The position numbers and the translations under genes were made by a program. Below, piece by piece: positions 37,613-48,453 of a DNA stretch of 64,000 nucleotides. Location of the stretch: the NCBI GenBank assembly GCA_028692035.1, contig JAQUYD010000008.1, positions 20,678-84,677 on the forward strand. The letters are read 5' to 3'. The notes under the pieces are model-generated. The model did not search any database, was not told the origin of the DNA, and saw only the letters and a program-made list of their open reading frames with translations. Source of the DNA: Oscillospiraceae bacterium. GTDB taxonomy: Bacteria; Bacillota; Clostridia; Oscillospirales; Ruminococcaceae. Within the stretch, counting starts at the first letter, position 1. Each line of letters opens with the position of its first letter.

Positions 37613-38212
37613 ATGGCAAGAGCAACAGAACGGACCCGGAAACTGGTACAATTGGCGATTTTAATTGCGATCATGCTGGTTTTGGCGTTCACCCCCATCG
37701 GCTACCTGAAGGTTGGCATCATTGAAATCAGTTTCATGACCATCCCAGTTGTGGTCGGGGCAATCATACTGGGGCCGGGGGCCGGAGCGATTTTGGGCGG
37801 TGTTTTCGGCTTGACCAGCTTTATCCAATGCTTCGGCATGAGCACCTTTGGGATGACGTTGTTGGGCGTCAATCCCATTTTCACCTTTTTGGTCTGCATG
37901 GCGCCCCGCATTTTGATGGGATATTTGTCCGGTGTGATCTTTAAAGCGCTGCATCACGCTGGCAAAACCAAAATTTTATCCTTTGCCGTGGCTTCTTTGT
38001 CCGGTGCGGTGTTGAACACTATCTTTTTTGTCGGACTACTGATGCTGCTATTTGGCACCAGCGATTATATGATGGGGCTGCGGGGCGGCCAAAGTCTGCT
38101 GGGCTTTTTGGCCGCTTTTGTCGGCGTCAACGGCTTGATTGAAGCGATTGTTGCCTTTATTCTTGGTACCGCTATCAGTAAGGCACTGATGCAGTTTCTG
38201 CCGAAGGAATAA
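37613..38212 (+). CDS. ECF transporter S component (substrate probably pantothenate, by linkage to coaX)
   Basis: 199 aa from MARATERTRKLVQLAILIAIMLVL after SD AAGGAGG. About 6 TM segments. ISFMTIPVVVGAIILGPGAGAILG is typical of the ECF_trnsprt family. Confidence 0.78.
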   Translation: MARATERTRKLVQLAILIAIMLVLAFTPIGYLKVGIIEISFMTIPVVVGAIILGPGAGAILGGVFGLTSFIQCFGMSTFGMTLLGVNPIFTFLVCMAPRILMGYLSGVIFKALHHAGKTKILSFAVASLSGAVLNTIFFVGLLMLLFGTSDYMMGLRGGQSLLGFLAAFVGVNGLIEAIVAFILGTAISKALMQFLPKE

Positions 38213-38283
38213 GCCGGATGTGATATTTTAAGCGGCGCGAAGGACTCGTGCCGCTTTTCACTTTCACAAAACAGGAGGGTCTC

Positions 38284-38805
38284 GTGGAAACTTTATTTGA
38301 AAATCGCTACACAACCAATTTTAAAATGCTTCGTTCTTTCGCCCGCGGGGCCAGCCTTTCACAGAAAATTTTCTTCCGTTTTTCCATTGTCGGGATGATT
38401 GTCTGCGCACTGGCTTTGATTTACTGTTTCATTTTTCTGCCCGGCGATTGGGGATCCCTGGTTTCCCCTGCCGTGTCCTTTGTCCTTTGCCTGATGCTGT
38501 TCTTTTTTCCTTCGCTCACCGCTCGGGTTGTCTGCCGGAATACCCAAAAACTGCATGGCGGCACCATTCCCGAAACAACCGTTCTGTTTTCGGCCGATGA
38601 AATTACCATGACCGAGGGGACGTTATCTGTCCGTTTTCGTTACAGCCAAATCATAAAGGTGCGGGAAACGGGAAATCTATCTGTACTGATGTTGGGCAGG
38701 GATAGCGGGATCATCCTGGTAAAAAACGCTTTTATTATTGGTGATTTTGAGCATTTTCAGCCGTTTATTCGCGAAAAATGCACCAATTTGAAAGGAAAAA
38801 GATAG
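38284..38805 (+). CDS. YcxB-like membrane protein
   Basis: 173 aa from a GTG after SD AGGAGG (the ORF's first GTG is at 38248). Two TM segments followed by a YcxB-like beta-rich domain ([31 protein letters not shown]). Confidence 0.62.
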   Translation: METLFENRYTTNFKMLRSFARGASLSQKIFFRFSIVGMIVCALALIYCFIFLPGDWGSLVSPAVSFVLCLMLFFFPSLTARVVCRNTQKLHGGTIPETTVLFSADEITMTEGTLSVRFRYSQIIKVRETGNLSVLMLGRDSGIILVKNAFIIGDFEHFQPFIREKCTNLKGKR

Positions 38806-38843
38806 CATTTTTTCTCGCGGATTTCAAAAAAGGAGGAACCTTT

Positions 38844-39194
38844 ATGAACAATGAACGGGTGTACCAGATGCGTTTTTCGAAAGTTTATCCCCTGCTTGTC
38901 AACAAGGCGCAAAAAAAGGGGCGCACCAAAGACGAAGTGGACGAAATCATCTGCTGGCTTACCGGATACAGCCCTACAGCTATTGACCGGCTCCTGGCCG
39001 AGGATATCGGTTACGGCGACTTTTTCCGGAAAGCGCCCAGCCCGAATCCGGACAGGAAACGGATTACAGGGACTGTATGCGGCATCCGGGTCGAAAAAAT
39101 CGAGGAACCGCTGATGCAGGAGATCCGCTATCTGGACAAGCTGGTCGATGAGCTTGCCCAAGGGAAATCCATGGAAAAAATCCTGAGAAAATAG
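38844..39194 (+). CDS. DUF2200 domain-containing protein
   Basis: 116 aa from [42 protein letters not shown] after SD AAAGGAGG. Confidence 0.78.
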   Translation: MNNERVYQMRFSKVYPLLVNKAQKKGRTKDEVDEIICWLTGYSPTAIDRLLAEDIGYGDFFRKAPSPNPDRKRITGTVCGIRVEKIEEPLMQEIRYLDKLVDELAQGKSMEKILRK

Positions 39195-39238
39195 GGGCCT
39201 TTTCTACCCTTTGCTATTTCAGGCGCATCTTTTTGATC

Positions 39239-39276
39239 AAAAAGCCCATCCGGCCATAAAACCGGATGGGCTTTTT
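39239..39276. terminator. Bidirectional intrinsic terminator (DUF2200 gene / yitT-like gene)
   Basis: 15-bp perfect stem aaaaagcccatccgg / ccggatgggcttttt with an 8-nt loop. Confidence 0.88.
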
Positions 39277-39304
39277 ATGTGCTGTTTCATCCACAAAGCC
39301 GTTC

Positions 39305-40180
39305 TTAGCTTTCTTTGTCAATGGGCTTCCAGCCCTCTCCGATGATCTCGCCCGCCTCGGTAACCACAATAAACGCGTTGGGATCATGCTGATGGACCAG
39401 CGTTTTCAGCTTAAAATACTCTGTCTTTCGTACAACGACCAGAATAACATCCGTCTCATTCCCTGAATAAGCGCCCCGGCCCTTCAAAATCGTGGCTGAA
39501 CGGTTCAGATGGGCGATAATGTCCTTGGCGATCTCGTCATTCTGGGTGGAAACAATATGTACCATCTTTCCATTTTCAAGCCCATACAAAATGCCATCCA
39601 TCACCTGCGCGCTGGCATACATGGCAATCAACCCAAACAGGCTCGCCTCAATGTTGCGGTAAACGACTGCGGCGGCTGCCAGTACAAAACAGTCCAGAAT
39701 CAGCATCATACGGCCAATCGGGATATGGGGAGCCTTCAGCTGCAGCAGCTTTCCCAAAATGTCGGAACCGCCGGTGGTTGAACCGCGCATAAACACCACT
39801 GCCAGGCCCGCACCCATACAGACGCCGCCAAACAGGCTTGCCAACAGCGCGTTCCCGGTATAAACAGGAAAATAGACAACCACATAGTCCAACACCACAG
39901 ACATGATGATAACCGATTTCAGCGTTTTTGCAGTAAATGTCTTGCCCAAAATCAAAAAACCGATGATGACCAACGGCACGTTAATCGCAAAATTCATTGC
40001 GCCAATGGGCAGCCCTGTCACATAGTTAATCAGCGTTGCAATACCGCTGACCCCCCCAGGCGCAACCAGATTCGGCGCCGTAAAGCACAGGATGCCAACA
40101 CCGTAAATCAAAGAACCAACGACATCGTACAGACAGTCTATACAGAACGTTTTGATTTTCGCACTTTTCACCTGCTTCAT
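39305..40180 (-). CDS. YitT family membrane protein (C-terminal DUF2179)
   Basis: 291 aa. Five TM segments with two YitT repeats, then a soluble C-terminal domain (VSTQNDEIAKDIIAHLNRSATILKGRGAYSG). ATGA overlap with mrnC. Confidence 0.86.
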   Translation of the reverse strand: MKQVKSAKIKTFCIDCLYDVVGSLIYGVGILCFTAPNLVAPGGVSGIATLINYVTGLPIGAMNFAINVPLVIIGFLILGKTFTAKTLKSVIIMSVVLDYVVVYFPVYTGNALLASLFGGVCMGAGLAVVFMRGSTTGGSDILGKLLQLKAPHIPIGRMMLILDCFVLAAAAVVYRNIEASLFGLIAMYASAQVMDGILYGLENGKMVHIVSTQNDEIAKDIIAHLNRSATILKGRGAYSGNETDVILVVVRKTEYFKLKTLVHQHDPNAFIVVTEAGEIIGEGWKPIDKES

Positions 40181-40581
40181 AACGACCCTCTTTCTTGCGA
40201 AATCCGCATTGCCTCATCAAACAATCCCCGCAGCCGGCCCATTTCCCCTTTCAGATACAAAAATCCGAACAGGGCCTCTACTCCCGTGGCCTTTCGATAA
40301 TCGGCCATTTCCGCATTTTTTGGCACACTGCCAGTGTGGGCATTGCGCCCGCGCTTGAGCACCTCGTGCTCTTCCTGAGAAAGCAGCGGCTCCAACCCAT
40401 CGTAAACCGCCGCCTGGGCGGAGGCACGCACCAGCTCAACCTTTTGGGCATTGAGCTTTTTTGTGGGCATACTGCCATCTTCCACAATCCGCTGCCGGAC
40501 CAGCAGCTCATAGACCCCGTCCCCCACAAAGGCCAGCGTCAACGGGCTTAAGAGCTTTGGATTTTCTTGTGTCGGCGTCAT
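40177..40581 (-). CDS. mrnC: Mini-ribonuclease 3
   Basis: 134 aa from MTPTQENPKLLSPLTLAFVGDGVYELLVR (the RNase III-like signature), with SD AGGGGAG 9 nt upstream. The ORF extends 12 codons further. Confidence 0.86.
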   Translation of the reverse strand: MTPTQENPKLLSPLTLAFVGDGVYELLVRQRIVEDGSMPTKKLNAQKVELVRASAQAAVYDGLEPLLSQEEHEVLKRGRNAHTGSVPKNAEMADYRKATGVEALFGFLYLKGEMGRLRGLFDEAMRISQERGSL

Positions 40582-40594
40582 ATCCATAGCTCCC

Positions 40595-41890
<1,296 letters not shown>

Positions 41891-41914
41891 CTAGTATCGG
41901 CAAAAGCATAACAA

Positions 41915-41942
41915 AAAATCCCGAGGAGCCCCTCGGGATTTT
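41915..41942 (-). terminator. Intrinsic terminator downstream of rpmA
   Basis: 12-bp stem aaaatcccgagg / cctcgggatttt with a 4-nt loop, followed by a T-run on the minus strand. Confidence 0.8.
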
Positions 41943-41951
41943 CAAGCTTTG

Positions 41952-42233
41952 TTACTGGACGGGATAAATGCTTACTTTCTTGCGATCCCGGCCAACACGC
42001 TCAAAGCGAACCTGACCATCGATCAAAGCAAACAGCGTATCGTCAGAACCACGGCCAACGTTCTCTCCCGGATGGATGTGTGTGCCACGCTGACGAACCA
42101 AAATGTTGCCGGCCAATACACACTGCCCATCGGCCCGTTTCACGCCCAGCCGTTTGGACTCGGAATCACGGCCGTTCTTGGTAGAACCAACACCTTTTTT
42201 ATGCGCAAAAAACTGCATGTTTAAACGAATCAT
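41952..42233 (-). CDS. rpmA: 50S ribosomal protein L27, with cleavable N-terminal extension
   Basis: 93 aa. [32 protein letters not shown] includes the Firmicutes-type propeptide ending in FF before AHKKG. Confidence 0.96.
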   Translation of the reverse strand: MIRLNMQFFAHKKGVGSTKNGRDSESKRLGVKRADGQCVLAGNILVRQRGTHIHPGENVGRGSDDTLFALIDGQVRFERVGRDRKKVSIYPVQ

Positions 42234-42236
42234 TCG

Positions 42237-42554
42237 TTACACCTCCGAAACAATTATCTGAATGGTATTTTTGTAATCTTCTGACAGGATGGTCAGATGC
42301 TCCAAAAGAGCTTGCAGCAGCAACGCTGCTTCCCTTCCCGCATCGGACTTAAGGCGGAGGGAAATTTGATTTTCCCCCACCGTGACCTGCGCCCGCTCCC
42401 GAAACTGCTCGGTGATGGCATTGGCAGTCAATTGGACCGCCGAGGTCACGCTGGCGCATACAATGTCTTGTCCTTTGTCGGCATAACCGGCATGGCCCGA
42501 CACGGAAAACGCCTTGATTTTTTGGCCCGATTTTTCAACCCGAACGGTAATCAT
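42237..42554 (-). CDS. prp: Ribosomal-processing cysteine protease Prp
   Basis: 105 aa, located between rplU and rpmA. His/Cys dyad context SGHAGYA...DIVCASVT. Confidence 0.9.
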   Translation of the reverse strand: MITVRVEKSGQKIKAFSVSGHAGYADKGQDIVCASVTSAVQLTANAITEQFRERAQVTVGENQISLRLKSDAGREAALLLQALLEHLTILSEDYKNTIQIIVSEV

Positions 42555-42560
42555 CTCGGA

Positions 42561-42872
42561 TTATGCCTTGATTTCCAGAATCTCGACCTTTGTGTAGGGC
42601 TGTCTGTGGCCAAGTTTTCTCTTGGAGGACTTTTTAGACCTGTAAGTAAACACGGTGATCTTCTTCGCTTTGCCGTTTTTGACAATTTTCGCGGTTACAG
42701 TCGCGCCAGCCACATAAGGGCTGCCGACGGCGATCCCGTCATCTTTGCCAACTGCGACAATCTTGTCCAGCTCAACGATCTCCAGCTCTTCATAAGGGAG
42801 CTTTTCGACGTAAATGGTATCGCCTTGTTCAACGCGATACTGCTTTCCGCCGGTTTCCAAAATAGCGTACAT
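42561..42872 (-). CDS. rplU: 50S ribosomal protein L21
   Basis: 103 aa from [18 protein letters not shown]. The 26 upstream codons of the ORF are leader sequence. Confidence 0.95.
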   Translation of the reverse strand: MYAILETGGKQYRVEQGDTIYVEKLPYEELEIVELDKIVAVGKDDGIAVGSPYVAGATVTAKIVKNGKAKKITVFTYRSKKSSKRKLGHRQPYTKVEILEIKA

Positions 42873-42991
42873 TTTTAAGGCACCTGCCTCTTTCCATAGA
42901 CTCGCTGCCCAAAGGCGGCGCCAAATAGACGCACTTACAGCCAGTTGCATGCGGCATGGATTATCATATCATACCAGTTTGGAATTGTCAA
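42873..42991 (-). promoter_or_regulatory. rplU promoter and structured leader (possible L21 ribosomal-protein leader)
   Basis: On the minus strand, TTGACA (42991-42986), a 17-nt spacer, then TATGAT (42968-42963), then a leader of roughly 85 nt with GC-rich pairing segments (gccgcc..ggcagc). The class assignment was not verified. Confidence 0.4.
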
Positions 42992-43028
42992 CTAAATACG
43001 CCTGTTTTCCGCGTAAAAATGCGAAATT

Positions 43029-43886
43029 CTATCTTCCGCTCGCTACCTTTTGGGCGCTAGTCAGGGTGTTTTTCAAAAGCATGGTGATGGTCATAGGGCC
43101 GACGCCGCCGGGCACCGGCGTAATGTAAGACGCCACCGGTTCCACCGTCGCAAAATCTACATCGCCGCACAACTTGCCGTTTTCATCCCGGTTCATGCCC
43201 ACATCGATAACCACCGCGCCGGGCTTGACCATATCAGCCGTGACAAATTTTGCCCGGCCCACCGCCGACACCAGGATATCCGCTCGGCGGGTAACGGCTG
43301 CCAGATCCCTTGTACGGGAATGGCAAATCGTTACCGTGCCGTTTTCATGCAGCAAAAGCATCGCCATTGGTTTTCCCACAATATTGCTGCGGCCGACGAC
43401 CACACACTCTTTCCCGCTGACCGAAATCCCGGTGGAATGGATCAATTCCATCACGCCCGCCGGGGTGCAGGGCAAAAAATCGTAATTGCCGATCATGATC
43501 TTCCCCACATTGACCGCGTGGAAAGCATCTACATCCTTGGAGGGTAGAATCCGCTCGATCACCGCCGTTTCGTCCAAATGTTTTGGCAGCGGCAGCTGAA
43601 CCAAAATGCCGTGGATATTGGAATCGCGGTTGAGCCGATCCAACAGCGCCAGCAGTTCCTCCTGCGAGGTTTGTTCGGGCAGCGCATATTCTTCCGAATA
43701 AAAGCCCACCTGTTCACAGCCTTTTTTCTTGTTTTTGACATATACATGAGAGGCCGGGTCATCCCCGACGATCACAACCGCCAGCCCTGGGCGGACGCCA
43801 GTATCTGCAAGCAACGTTCGGGTATCCAGCGCGATTTGTTCCCGTGTTTTGGCCGAAATTTGTTTTCCATCGATGATGACTGCCAT
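43029..43886 (-). CDS. folD: Bifunctional methylenetetrahydrofolate dehydrogenase/cyclohydrolase
   Basis: 285 aa. Motifs [27 protein letters not shown] and PGGVGPMT. Confidence 0.95.
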   Translation of the reverse strand: MAVIIDGKQISAKTREQIALDTRTLLADTGVRPGLAVVIVGDDPASHVYVKNKKKGCEQVGFYSEEYALPEQTSQEELLALLDRLNRDSNIHGILVQLPLPKHLDETAVIERILPSKDVDAFHAVNVGKIMIGNYDFLPCTPAGVMELIHSTGISVSGKECVVVGRSNIVGKPMAMLLLHENGTVTICHSRTRDLAAVTRRADILVSAVGRAKFVTADMVKPGAVVIDVGMNRDENGKLCGDVDFATVEPVASYITPVPGGVGPMTITMLLKNTLTSAQKVASGR

Positions 43887-43950
43887 TTTTATCCTCCCAA
43901 CTCATAGCTGCGGCGGCGATCAAACGCGAACGCCCTGTCCCGTTTCGCCT

Positions 43951-45066
43951 TTATTCTTCTGTCGGTTCTTCCTTTGCGGTTTCTTGTTCCAGCCGTTCCT
44001 GCCCTTGTTGCGGATCCTCTTCGACAGCCAATGCTGATTCCTGTTCTGCCTCCGGTTTCGCCTCAGGCTCTTCTTTTACTATACCGTCCTCTTCCACTGG
44101 ATCCTCTACCGGCACCGCCGGTTTTTTTTCATAAAACTTGCCCTCCCGAATCAACTGCGCCTCCTGCGTGTCCACATATAGTTGCAGATACTCCGGGTCG
44201 TTGCTCGCTTTTTTCTTTTGCAGCACCACCAGCATGACCACCAGCGCCGCAATGGCCGACACGATGCCCAGTACTTGGGAAACCCGCAGGTTTCCGATCA
44301 TCAGGCTATCGGTCCGCAGGCCCTCTACGATAAAGCGCTCCGCACCGTACCACATGGTGTATACCAAAATCATCTGGCCGTCAAACTTTCTGCGTTTGGT
44401 CATCCACATCAGCAGGAAAAAGCCCAGCAGGCACCAAAGCGATTCATAGAAAAAAGTAGGATGTACGCCAATCGCGTCAATCCCGCCCATCGCGTCGATC
44501 TCAGCGGAGGTCAGCGCAGCCAAATACCGCTGGATCTGGGTGGAGCCAACGCCGCCGGCATATTCGCTGGTCATCCGCCAAGGGGCGGTGGTGGCGCTCC
44601 CGAAAGCCTCTGCATTGACAAAATTTCCCCACCGGCCAATCGCCTGGGCCAAAATCAGCCCGGCGGAACACAGGTCCAACATGGGTAAAAAGCGCACTTT
44701 TCGCCATTTACAAAGGGCCCAGCCACCCAGCACCGCGCCAATGATACCGCCGTAAATGCCAATACCGCCATTCCAGACCTTAAACACGTCGATCAAATTG
44801 TCTTTGTACATATCCCAGGAAAAGGCCACATAATAAATCCTGGCACCGATTACGCCGCAGACAATTGCACCCAGCAGCACATCCATCACGCGATCCGAAT
44901 CCAGACCGAATTTTTTTGTCCTTCGCAGGACATACAAGGTTCCCAATAAGAACGCACAGGCAAAAATCACGCCATACCATTTGACGGTCAGCCCGCCGAT
45001 GGAAAAAGCGTCCGGACTCACCGAAAAGGAAAAGCCCAATCCGGGAAATGAAATAATCTGCGTCAT
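43951..45066 (-). CDS. lgt: Prolipoprotein diacylglyceryl transferase with ~88-aa acidic C-terminal extension
   Basis: 371 aa from MTQIISFPG. Motifs WYGVIFACAF, AQAIGRWGNFVNAEAFG and the YESL region. The tail is rich in E and P. The 45 upstream codons of the ORF are rejected. Confidence 0.9.
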   Translation of the reverse strand: MTQIISFPGLGFSFSVSPDAFSIGGLTVKWYGVIFACAFLLGTLYVLRRTKKFGLDSDRVMDVLLGAIVCGVIGARIYYVAFSWDMYKDNLIDVFKVWNGGIGIYGGIIGAVLGGWALCKWRKVRFLPMLDLCSAGLILAQAIGRWGNFVNAEAFGSATTAPWRMTSEYAGGVGSTQIQRYLAALTSAEIDAMGGIDAIGVHPTFFYESLWCLLGFFLLMWMTKRRKFDGQMILVYTMWYGAERFIVEGLRTDSLMIGNLRVSQVLGIVSAIAALVVMLVVLQKKKASNDPEYLQLYVDTQEAQLIREGKFYEKKPAVPVEDPVEEDGIVKEEPEAKPEAEQESALAVEEDPQQGQERLEQETAKEEPTEE

Positions 45067-45134
45067 AGCAAAAGCTCCATTCTGTTGTGTTTTCACGCTC
45101 TCGCGCCGCAAGGCGGCGTCAAGCGCCGGTAAAA

Positions 45135-46409
45135 CTAATCCTGAGGCGAAATCACCGAGAGGGCCGCATACTCTGTCCGGTAATCCTCCATCAAACGGCA
45201 CTGTGCCTGTTCCAGGGTGGCAGATCCGGCAATTTCCAACAGGTCATAGATGTCAAGCCCAGAAAAATGAGCGCCGGTCATCGCATTGGCGATGGAGTCC
45301 GGGCGGTTGAGCATTCGGATATAGCGGCCATAAACTGACTTTTTACAGCGTTCAAAGGCCGCCGGATCGATCCCTTCCTTGCGCAAACGGTCGATCTCCT
45401 GGAGGATTTCCTGCGCCGCCCGATCCGGATCCTTGGACTCGCCGGAAAAAATCAACGCCGCAAAATCCTTGCCACAGTCTGTTTCGCTGTCAAAGGTGCT
45501 GTTGATCAGCCCCGCATCATACAGCCGGCGGTACAAAGGTGAAGCATCCCCCGCCAGCACCTCATTGACGATCTCGTTGAGGATGCTGTTGGTCTCGTTA
45601 GTCTTGGGATCCGCCGGGCGGACCTTCAAGCCCAATCCGAACATCGGCGCCGCCACCGGGAATTTCTGTTCGATCCTCTTTTGGGCCACCGTTTCGGGCT
45701 CCTCGGAAAATTCCCGCTCGATCTTCAGGGTAGGCGCTGGCCGCAGCACCTCATCCGCAATGCGAATCACTGCCTCCGGCGAAAAGCTGCCCGCCACGGC
45801 CAAAACCATATTGTGCAGGTTGTAAAAGGTGCGGTACGTTTCGTACAATCGGTCCGCCGTGATGTCGGCAATGCTTTCCACCGTGCCTGCAATGTCGATG
45901 GCGATCGGATGGTGGACATACATCGCTTTAAGCAAATTGAATAGAACCCGCCAATCGGGGTTGTCGTCGTACATCTTGATCTCCTGCCCGATGATCCCCT
46001 GCTCTTTTGCCACCGTTTCCGGCGTAAAGTAGGGGGTTGTCACAAATTCCAGCAGGATCCGCAGCGACTCCTCAAAATGATCTGCGCAGCCAAACAGATA
46101 GGATGTTTTATCAAAGGAAGTAAACGCATTGGCTGACGCGCCGGTTGCCGCATATTTGGCAAACGCGTCTCCATCCTCATTTTCAAACATTTTATGCTCT
46201 AAAAAATGGGCCGTTCCCGCGGGGATCCGAGTGAAATCCGCCAACGGATCGGTGCGAAAGGACATATCAACCGAGCCATAATCCGTTGTCATCATCGCAT
46301 AAGCGGAGCTAAATCCCTCCATCGGGTACAAAAGCAGCGTCAAGCCGGACGGATGATCCACCTTCCAGTAGCTTTCCTGCATGCTTTGGGAACGAATCTC
46401 CTGTTTCAT
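45135..46409 (-). CDS. M16 (pitrilysin/insulinase) family peptidase, catalytic-type subunit
   Basis: 424 aa from MKQEIRSQ. Inverted zinc motif HXXEH in GTAHFLEHKMFE. ATGA overlap with the upstream M16 gene. Confidence 0.85.
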   Translation of the reverse strand: MKQEIRSQSMQESYWKVDHPSGLTLLLYPMEGFSSAYAMMTTDYGSVDMSFRTDPLADFTRIPAGTAHFLEHKMFENEDGDAFAKYAATGASANAFTSFDKTSYLFGCADHFEESLRILLEFVTTPYFTPETVAKEQGIIGQEIKMYDDNPDWRVLFNLLKAMYVHHPIAIDIAGTVESIADITADRLYETYRTFYNLHNMVLAVAGSFSPEAVIRIADEVLRPAPTLKIEREFSEEPETVAQKRIEQKFPVAAPMFGLGLKVRPADPKTNETNSILNEIVNEVLAGDASPLYRRLYDAGLINSTFDSETDCGKDFAALIFSGESKDPDRAAQEILQEIDRLRKEGIDPAAFERCKKSVYGRYIRMLNRPDSIANAMTGAHFSGLDIYDLLEIAGSATLEQAQCRLMEDYRTEYAALSVISPQD

Positions 46410-47695
46410 CGGCTTTCTCCCTCCTTTTTGGCCCCTAAGAAAAACACCGTGTCCAACGTCACTTGGGCGGCGGCGGCCTGGATCTGCTGCTTGGTCACCC
46501 TGGACACCTTTTCCACATTTTCCAGCGGCGATTCGTCGCAGCCGCTTAAAATCTGGGTCAGATACCAATTCTCCAGCCCATTTAAGGTGTCGACCGTGGA
46601 TTTTAACGCATTGGTGATCGTCAGGATGGTGGAGCTGATCTCTTCTTCATCAAACTCGCCCTGCCTGACCAGTTCCAGCTGCCGCAGGATCTCCTCTTCC
46701 GCCTTCTGCTCATTCCCGGTCTCTACGCCGCTGTCCACCATCACCATCCCGCTTGCTTTGTCATAGCGGGATGTGCAGTAATAGCACAGAGAAAGTTTTT
46801 CCCGTACATTTTTAAACAGGCGGGAGAACGGTGTTCCCCCATATAAAGCGACCATCATTTTCATTGCATTCACTTCGTCCGGGCTAGTCGTCTGGCCGGT
46901 GCGAAAACCCATGACCAGCTTGCCCTGGGTGATGTCCATGTCCTCCCGAACCGACTGCACCTGCTGGGCGCGGGATACTGGAAGCGAAGGGTCGTATGCA
47001 ATCGGCGCGCGTACAAGATCGGAAAAACGTTTGGAAAATACCGTTTCCGCCGCAGACGGGTCCCCGCAGCCGATGAACAAAATTTCCACCGCAGCCCGGC
47101 GCAGCAGATCCCGATACGCGTCTGTAGCACTTTGAGCCGTGATCTGTTCCGCCCGTTCCCGAGCACCGTATTTTTTCACAGCCAACGGGCTATCTCCAAA
47201 CATCAGGGAAACACATTTGTTAACGGCGTATTCCCGTTTGTCGTTAAATTCAGATTCGATGGTGTCAATCAAATTCTGTCGCTCCAGCCGGACATCCGCT
47301 TCCGAAAAAAGCCCGCCCTCCAGATAAGGGTCAAACAGCATTTTACAGGCAAGATCGGCGCATTCCTGCACCAGCGGCGCCCCATCGATGCTGTACCGGT
47401 CGTCCAGCGATTGAACCGACAAATTGATGATCTGATACGCACCGTATTTGCGTACATCGCCGTCTACCAGTGCCCCGTATAAATCGCACAGCTTTTCGTT
47501 TAAGCGGGTGAAATCTGGGCAATCCCGGTTGCGCAGCCGCAGTATAAACGGCACGATCGCCCGATTTGCGGCGGCCGCTTCTTCCAATGGGAGCAAAAGG
47601 TTCACCGAAATGCGGTTGGATTTAAACTTTGGATCGGTGATGGCGCTAAAGAATACGCCGTCCCCGATTTTTTTTCGTTTGATTGTATCACTCAT
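46406..47695 (-). CDS. M16 family peptidase-like protein lacking the HXXEH motif
   Basis: 429 aa. M16-like fold by length and pairing, but no HXXEH in the N-terminal 100 aa. The arrangement resembles the YmfF/YmfH type pair. Confidence 0.75.
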   Translation of the reverse strand: MSDTIKRKKIGDGVFFSAITDPKFKSNRISVNLLLPLEEAAAANRAIVPFILRLRNRDCPDFTRLNEKLCDLYGALVDGDVRKYGAYQIINLSVQSLDDRYSIDGAPLVQECADLACKMLFDPYLEGGLFSEADVRLERQNLIDTIESEFNDKREYAVNKCVSLMFGDSPLAVKKYGARERAEQITAQSATDAYRDLLRRAAVEILFIGCGDPSAAETVFSKRFSDLVRAPIAYDPSLPVSRAQQVQSVREDMDITQGKLVMGFRTGQTTSPDEVNAMKMMVALYGGTPFSRLFKNVREKLSLCYYCTSRYDKASGMVMVDSGVETGNEQKAEEEILRQLELVRQGEFDEEEISSTILTITNALKSTVDTLNGLENWYLTQILSGCDESPLENVEKVSRVTKQQIQAAAAQVTLDTVFFLGAKKEGESR

Positions 47696-47901
47696 CGGTC
47701 AAAAACTCCATTCCGCCGCCGAAACGGCTATTTTGATCCAGTTTTTATTTTGTCCCGAAACAAGGCAGGAACCCGTTTGGAAAAGAAATCTTTGATTTTC
47801 CATATACGTGAAGTTATTATAGCACATTGAACACCATTCTTCCACGGATTCCACCAGCGAAAAACTGAATAATTTGTAAAAATTGGTGGCCTTTGGAATG
47901 C

Positions 47902-47933
47902 AAAAAGCCGACGCTAATCCAGCGCCGGCTTTT
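47902..47933 (-). terminator. Intrinsic terminator downstream of rplS
   Basis: 13-bp stem with one mismatch (aaaagccgacgct / agcgccggctttt) and a 5-nt loop, followed by a T-run on the minus strand. Confidence 0.7.
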
Positions 47934-47945
47934 ATTGGGCAACAA

Positions 47946-48290
47946 CTATCTGATTTTGGATTTGACCTTCGCGGCCTTACCAACTCTATCTCTGAGGTAG
48001 TACAGCTTCGCACGGCGCACACGGCCCTGGCGAATGACCTCTACTTTATCCACGTTCGGAGAGTGGAGCGGGAAAACTCTTTCTACGCCGCAGCCATGGG
48101 ATACACGGCGGACGGTGAAGGTTTCGGCAACGCCGCCATGTTTTTTGGCGATGACGGTACCTTCAAACATCTGGATTCTCTCGCGGTCGCCCTCTTTGAT
48201 CTTAACGTGAACTCTGACAGAGTCACCGACCTCAAAAGAAGGCGCTTCGGCTTTTAGGCTATCCTGCGCAATCAGTTTCAAAGCATCCAT
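47946..48290 (-). CDS. rplS: 50S ribosomal protein L19
   Basis: 114 aa from [13 protein letters not shown]...[40 protein letters not shown] precedes it. Confidence 0.95.
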   Translation of the reverse strand: MDALKLIAQDSLKAEAPSFEVGDSVRVHVKIKEGDRERIQMFEGTVIAKKHGGVAETFTVRRVSHGCGVERVFPLHSPNVDKVEVIRQGRVRRAKLYYLRDRVGKAAKVKSKIR

Positions 48291-48453
48291 TTTATATCCT
48301 CCTAATATTTTCAGACGTTCATGCTCATGATCCATGACAGAGGACCGCCCGCTTTAATGTCACGGCAAATGCCGGGCACCAACTCCCGTCGCGGAACACG
48401 ACGGCACATAATGCTTGATTATATTATCACAGTTTCCGCAAAAAAGCAAGTAA

